DNA of 63,471 nt, counting the filler, from Vannella sp. (taxonomy: Eukaryota), in NCBI GenBank assembly GCA_023345925.1. It is 9 parts of 9 records of this genome, joined end to end, with 100 filler letters (N's around TTAATTAATTAA, not from the genome) between each part and the next. Parts side by side here need not be neighbours in the genome. Positions count along the whole stretch, not along the records: positions 55,085 to 60,936 come from JAJQQN010001258.1; positions 61,037 to 63,471 come from JAJQQN010001339.1; 7 more parts are not named here. One strand, 5' to 3'. The translations under genes and the position numbers were made by a program. A model generated the notes under the pieces. It saw nothing but the letters and a program-made list of their open reading frames with translations, did not search any database and was not told the DNA's origin. Below are positions 58,032-63,471 of the stretch, one piece after another (position 1 is the first letter of the stretch; the number at the start of each line of letters is the position of its first letter).

Positions 58032-60516
58032 ATGGAGGCGAGAGGAAAGCGGAAACTACCTCCTCATGCTTCTCCGGATTTGCTGTCTCCAAGGAAGAAG
58101 CCGAAGCTGCACTACTCGCCCTTGGCAAGAGGGACGGGGATGGTTTGCCGCCCTTCAGGAGGGACAGGTGTGAAGAGACTGGTGATCGAGAAGCTTATTG
58201 ATGTGCCCAAGCTTCCTGCATTCTTCCAAGAACAGACTCTCTCTCGACTCTCACAAGCTCTGACTGCTGTTCACGAGCTACGGCCCGTGGAATTCAGCAA
58301 AGAGTCTCTCTACAGCGCTGTCAAGGATCTCTGTACACACAAACTAGCTGCCCGTGCCTTTGTCGCTTTGAAGGAACAGTGCTCGACCTATCTGATGAGC
58401 TCCTCTCGCCACCTCGAACGATCTTTCAAAACAGAAGACTCGGCCAGCTTCCTACTGACTGTAGAGAAGATGTGGAGCTCTCACTGTACCCAAATGAGAA
58501 GCATTAGAGACATCTACTTGTACTTGGATCGTACCTATGTCATGCAGGAGACCGATTCCAAGTCCATTTGGGAACTCGGCCTGACCCTCTTCCGCACGGT
58601 GGCTTTGCAAGATAGTAGCATCGTCTCTGGCATCGTGAATGGGATACTCATGCAAGTAGAAAGGGAGCGCGATGGAGTAACTATCAGCCGCTCACTGCTC
58701 CAGAATCTCATTCGGATGATGAGTGAATTGGAGATCTACAAGACCGCCTTCGAGGGTCATTTGCTTGAGCAAAGTGAGGTGTATTACCAGAGGCAAGGAG
58801 CAGAAAGAATCTCCAGCAACATATCCGTCTACCTGGCTTTTGTGGAGAAGAAGTTGAAAGAAGAGAGGGACCGAGTATCTCACTATTTGGAACATTCCAC
58901 ATCCAAAGTGCTTTTGGGTCTTGTTCATCAGCATTTGGTTACCCAACACGCTGGTGCTATGCTGAGAGGTGGCTTTGAAGAGCTCATGAACCGCAGCGCC
59001 ACTGAGGACCTACACCTTCTGTTCCACCTGTTCCAACAAACCAAGCAACTGAACGCACTTAAAATGGCGTTCAATGGATACGTTAAGGAGGTAGGGCTAC
59101 GTATCGTCATGGATACACAGAAAGAGGGGAGCATGATAGCCGATCTACTTGCTTACAAACGGAACATCGATGCAATCCACCGCTCCTCCTTTGAGAAGAA
59201 CGAAGATTTCGCTCATTCCCAGAAAGAAGCCTTTGAGTTGTTCCTCAACCATCGCCCGAACAAGCCTGCTGAGCTGATAGCCAAGTTCTTAGATGCCACT
59301 CTTCGCCAAGGCCATAAGACTCATTCTGAAGCGGAACTGGAGGATCTTTTGGACGAGGTAGTCGCCATTTTCCGCTCTATTCAAGGGAAAGATATCTTCC
59401 AAGGGCATTACCGTAATGTGAGCAAACTACCTCTTTTGCAATGCTCTCGCTCACACATTGGTAGCATCTTGCAACTCGACTGCTCATGGAAAGCACTTTA
59501 AGCTCTGATCTTGAGAAGAGCCTCATTGCCAAGTTAAAGCAAGGTACAAATATGCATTTGCAGGTTCTGGCAGATAAGCTGACTACTTTCTCTTTCAGAG
59601 TGCGGGTCCACCTTTACCTCGAAGCTGGAGAGCATGTTTAAGGATATCAACATATCCAAAGACCTTATGGGTAACTTCAAATCCCAACATCCAACGCTAG
59701 AAATGAGCGTCAAAGTTCTTTCTCGAGGGATCTGGCCTGAATGGCCAATCATCGAGTTGAGCCTTCCCGAGGAGATTTTGAGGCAGCAGAAGTGCTATGA
59801 ACAGTTCTACAGCTCCAAATTCAACAATCGGAAGCTCACTTGGCAAAATGCTAAAGCCAAGTGTGCGGTCGCTGCAGCCTTCAAGGGAGGGAACAAGACC
59901 TTTTTCATGTCCCTTATCCAGTCATTGGTTATCCTTTGCTTTAACAGCAAGTCTCGCCTTACTTACAAAGAAATCCGAGAAACGATTGCTCCTTGTAAGG
60001 CCCTAGCTCTGCCCCTCCGTCTACTGACACTCTTTAGCGGATGAAAACATCCTCCAACAATCAATTCAGTCCCTCGCTTGTAACAAGTCACTGCGCATCC
60101 TTTTGAAGGGCGCAAAAGGGGCAATTGAGAACGAAACACTGTTTGCTATCAATGAGAATTTCACCCACAAGCTCGTTCGCGTCAAAGTGAATCAAATTCA
60201 AGAGAAAGAAACCGCTGAGGAACGGGAGAGCACAAATGCGTCCGTCTTTTTGGATCGCCAATACCAGGTTCGTGAAGATTCTTAAGAACCCATAGCTGGA
60301 CCGGGCTAATGGTTCCATTAGATTGACGCAGCAATTGTTCGGATTATGAAAACTCGTAAAAAGCTTCACCACAGTGTCCTGCTATCCGAATTGTACAGCC
60401 AACTCCGATTCCCTGTTCTTCCAGCGGACATCAAAAAGCGGATCGAGTCTCTCATTGAGAGAGAGTATCTCGAACGGGAGACTGACGATACTCAAACCTA
60501 CTCTTATCTGGCTTAA
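58032..60516 (+). CDS. CUL4: Cullin-4 (4 introns)
   Basis: [63 protein letters not shown] and [12 protein letters not shown]. Confidence 0.92.
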
Positions 60517-60656
60517 TGAGCAAAGGCTCCTTGCTAAATCGATGATCCTTCCCAACTTGACTTTGAGAAATTCTTCTTCTTACCCTCTATCTACCGCTGA
60601 TGCCTTCGCCATATCTCCAACTTCATCTCCTAAAGATCCTCGAGATAAGTCACATT

Positions 60657-60735
60657 AGAAAATCCACGAGCGAAGACACAGAACTCGTGCCAAGAGTCCT
60701 GATGACCTCCATCTCTTCTGGATAAGCTTTTAGCC
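60657..60735. repeat. Dispersed repeat B, copy 2
   Basis: Shares both conserved blocks with 41534-41628 but has a shorter spacer. Confidence 0.8.
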
Positions 60736-61258
60736 AGCCTATAGAGTTTCGGGTGCTTCAGAGGTTTGTCAAATAACCAAAGACCCGCCAATCAGGAGCT
60801 TTGAACTCCTTTCCATTGGCCAAGGAGCATTTTGCAATGCTGAGAGACTCGTGTTTGTAGACAGCTTTTTTTCAAATGCTTAAATATCTGCTCCACCATT
60901 CCTAAGGTCCTCATTAAGACGAGGGATCATTTATTTNNNNNNNNNNNNNNNNNNNNNNNNNNNNNNNNNNNNNNNNNNNNTTAATTAATTAANNNNNNNN
61001 NNNNNNNNNNNNNNNNNNNNNNNNNNNNNNNNNNNNCTTGCGTCGTCCTGGGAATTTACCGGTGGTTCCACCGCGTCGGTGGGTATGACTGGTCATTCGT
61101 TTTGTTGGTTTCTAAAAGGAGAAGGTCCGTTTCCTTGAGACTTTAACGGGCTGGCGAATCTCTCTTTCCTCGAACTCAAAGCCAAAAACGCCGGAAACAA
61201 AGAGAACATTATCATCTGCATCTTTATTGAGAGCAGGGCTGGACGTACTCAAGCTAAG

Positions 61259-62420
61259 CTAAGAGGGAATGTCTTGGAAATAGAGAAGGGAGTTGCGATG
61301 GGTGTCATAGGGGAGGGCCACGCGGTGGACACAGGGCTTGAACTTAGAACTCTCTTGAGAAGGATCTTGCTCTCCGAGACGATGCATCTTCTTTCCAATG
61401 ATAACAAAAGCATCAAGAAGAGGGCGACACACGCGTTCAGGCATAAACCATTCTCCAGTCACTCTGACTTTCTGTGAGAAAAGCCAATCTCTGGCTGGAG
61501 AACCTTACCGGTCTTGGATTTGTAATGCAGGTACACGGGAGCAAACAATCAGAGTAAGAAAGCCAGTGTCCTCGTGTGTAGCACTCGGGAAATGAGTCTC
61601 ATCCGTAGGAATGTCTGTTTTGATGCGGTCAGTTGGTCTCTCTGCACGATAGGAAGGCGAAACAGACCAGTTTCGTGCCTTGTGATCGCTGCTTTTGGAG
61701 GAATGGGCAGGTACTCGATCATGGTAGTGCTGGAACCGCGCCTAGTAAACTCGCAGACGGTTTCCATGATCTTGGCTTCGTGGAATGGCTTGTTGATGTT
61801 TTCGTCGATGCTTTGTGCAATGGTCCGGTAGCAGAGCGTTGTCAGAGCCTCCATGGACTCACACACGGTCGTAAAGTGGCCTTCGAAGCCTTCAATGTCA
61901 CTTGGCAGGCGCTGGGAGGGGTCTGACAAGCTCAACTTCAAGAACTGTTTGTCTGCAAGCGTCAGAAAGCCCTTGTTGATCTGTCTCTTCTATAGGAGCT
62001 ATGTAAGTAGAGGAAACGAAGGAAGGACTCCTTACATCATCGAAGATCTCATCCTTGTACTTGGGGAGGCCTTTGAACTGGACCTTGTACTCCAATGGCT
62101 TCTGAAAGAAGTCTTGGCAAGTGTCCCAGAAGGCATTGACCTGCTGGGTCATCATCTCGTCCATCTCCAACACAGCAAAGCCTTCACGGTCCATCCACTC
62201 AAGGAATAGGGCTCGTTTGGCCGTATTCTAGTCATCTTCAGTCTACGTATCGCGCGTTCTAAAGACAGCTCACCGTAAGGAGGTCCTGACGAGTAAACCG
62301 AGGGATCTCCACCTTGTCAAGGCTCTTCGTCCGCACAGGAGAAGAGCCCTTCCTTCTACTCCACCACAACAGGCTTCCTAACACCACAGCCACCCCCAGC
62401 ACCACTGGAAGAGCTTCCAT
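61259..62420 (-). CDS. IPNS/DOXC-type 2OG-Fe(II) dioxygenase with N-terminal membrane anchor (4 introns)
   Basis: EGFAVL...FFQKPLEYK; spliced THEDTGFLTL..ALQI, CVHRV and RNS (HxD...H...RxS). Confidence 0.8.
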
Positions 62421-62644
62421 GACAAGAAATGAAGTTCCCAACCCGCGAAACCAGCTCTCGAAGTCTTTTAACTGAATTGATCTCAAAAGATCCCGATTAG
62501 TCAACAGGACGACAGTGTGTCTGTCATTCACACGAGTAGAACGCCTTTCAATGGCCAGCACTGAAGGAGTCTTGTCCTTGAAAGGATTGACCTTCCTTAA
62601 TGATCTTGATTGTAGTTGAGTGAGAGCTGACTTTAGGATGCTGG

Positions 62645-63471
62645 TTAGAGTCTAGTTTGTGATGTCTCGATTCTCCCTTTGAAAGTGTCCATTCCCCAGG
62701 AGGCTCCACCAAGATTGAGAGAAAAGTCTTTGAGCCAGAGCGGGAGAATGTCACTTTTGACGATTTTGGCGAACGGGCTTAGCTGGGCAGGAAGGATCAC
62801 CATTGAACTCCTTCTTTTGATGGCCTTCACTGTGGCCGTTGCGACATCTTTGGGTTCTAAAATGGGAATGGCCCACTGCAACCCTTGTTTCATCCCTGAG
62901 AACATTCCTGTGCGGATGGAGTTGGGGCAGATCAATACAAAGTCAATATCAGCTTTCGCCTTTCTCATCTCAAGCCGAGCAGCATTGTGGAACCCAATAA
63001 CCGCGTGCTTTGACGCACAGTAATCTGACAATCCAACCGCACTAAAGAAGCCCATAGTCGAAGCGATTGTCACTATCATGCCTCGGTTTCGCTCAACCAT
63101 CGCAGGTAAGAACTCTTGCAGTATCCAGAACTGACTAAGCAAGTTCACATCCAAAGTCCGCCGGATTTCAGTCTCTGATAGCTGAAGGAGCGGTTTTCCG
63201 TTGACTACACCAGCGTTATTGATGACCACGTCTACTGGGGGTAATGGGCTGTCTTCAATGTTCTTATGGAAGACTTGAACGGCGTCTCTTTGACCAACGT
63301 TGCACGGGAATCCTTGGGCAAGGATGAGGGGATGTTTGGACTGAATACAGCGAACTAGGGCAAAGACCAGAGCAATCAGAACATAGGAATGGTTGCTGGG
63401 AAGCTAAGAATACCTGTTTCACTCAACAGATCCTCTGCAATGTCGCACAGTGTCAAATGGCAACCCTCAGC
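62645..63471 (-). CDS. Short-chain dehydrogenase/reductase (SDR16C/RDH10-like), 5' truncated
   Basis: INNAGVV.GK, FLPAM, TIAS and YCASKHA (YxxxK). Confidence 0.92.

Noticed and set aside
55605..60516. SMARCD-TFIIA-CUL4 as a functional gene cluster
   Set aside because: Three nuclear housekeeping genes can be adjacent by chance in a compact genome; no evidence of co-regulation.
1..63471. Alternative genetic code or frameshifting to explain fragmented ORFs
   Set aside because: Breaks in conserved genes are explained by short introns, and TAA, TAG and TGA all serve as true stops.

Overview
Eukaryotic DNA from a very compact protist genome. An amoebozoan is the likely source; this is inferred from the gene content (class C GPCR, RasGAP, SepA/Cdc15-like kinase, CH-LIM protein, GPS-motif surface protein). 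The window is not one locus. It is nine unrelated contigs joined by artificial 100-nt N-TTAATTAATTAA-N linkers, so adjacency across linkers means nothing. The genetic code is standard, intergenic gaps are often under 150 bp, and most spliceosomal introns are about 40-55 nt, including two probable GC-AG introns. Housekeeping genes include NUBPL/Ind1, PTPA, DBP3, COG5, RPL12, eRF3, BCD1, ALG2, SMARCD, TFIIA and CUL4. The most notable observations are: (1) a stand-alone GEX1/KAR5/Brambleberry-type cysteine-rich domain gene hidden by an intron; (2) an approximately 430-nt rod-like fold-back in a mostly intergenic region that could be an unannotated structured RNA; (3) a class C GPCR with an LDLa-like module; (4) a single-pass mucin-stalk protein with a GPS motif; (5) a cytochrome b5-acyl-CoA dehydrogenase fusion ending in the peroxisomal signal SKL; (6) an AlkD glycosylase with an added NLS; (7) an apparently internally inverted gene, either an amplification chimera or a real inversion; and (8) two dispersed repeat families. 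All family assignments come from recognising motifs by eye; no database searches were run.
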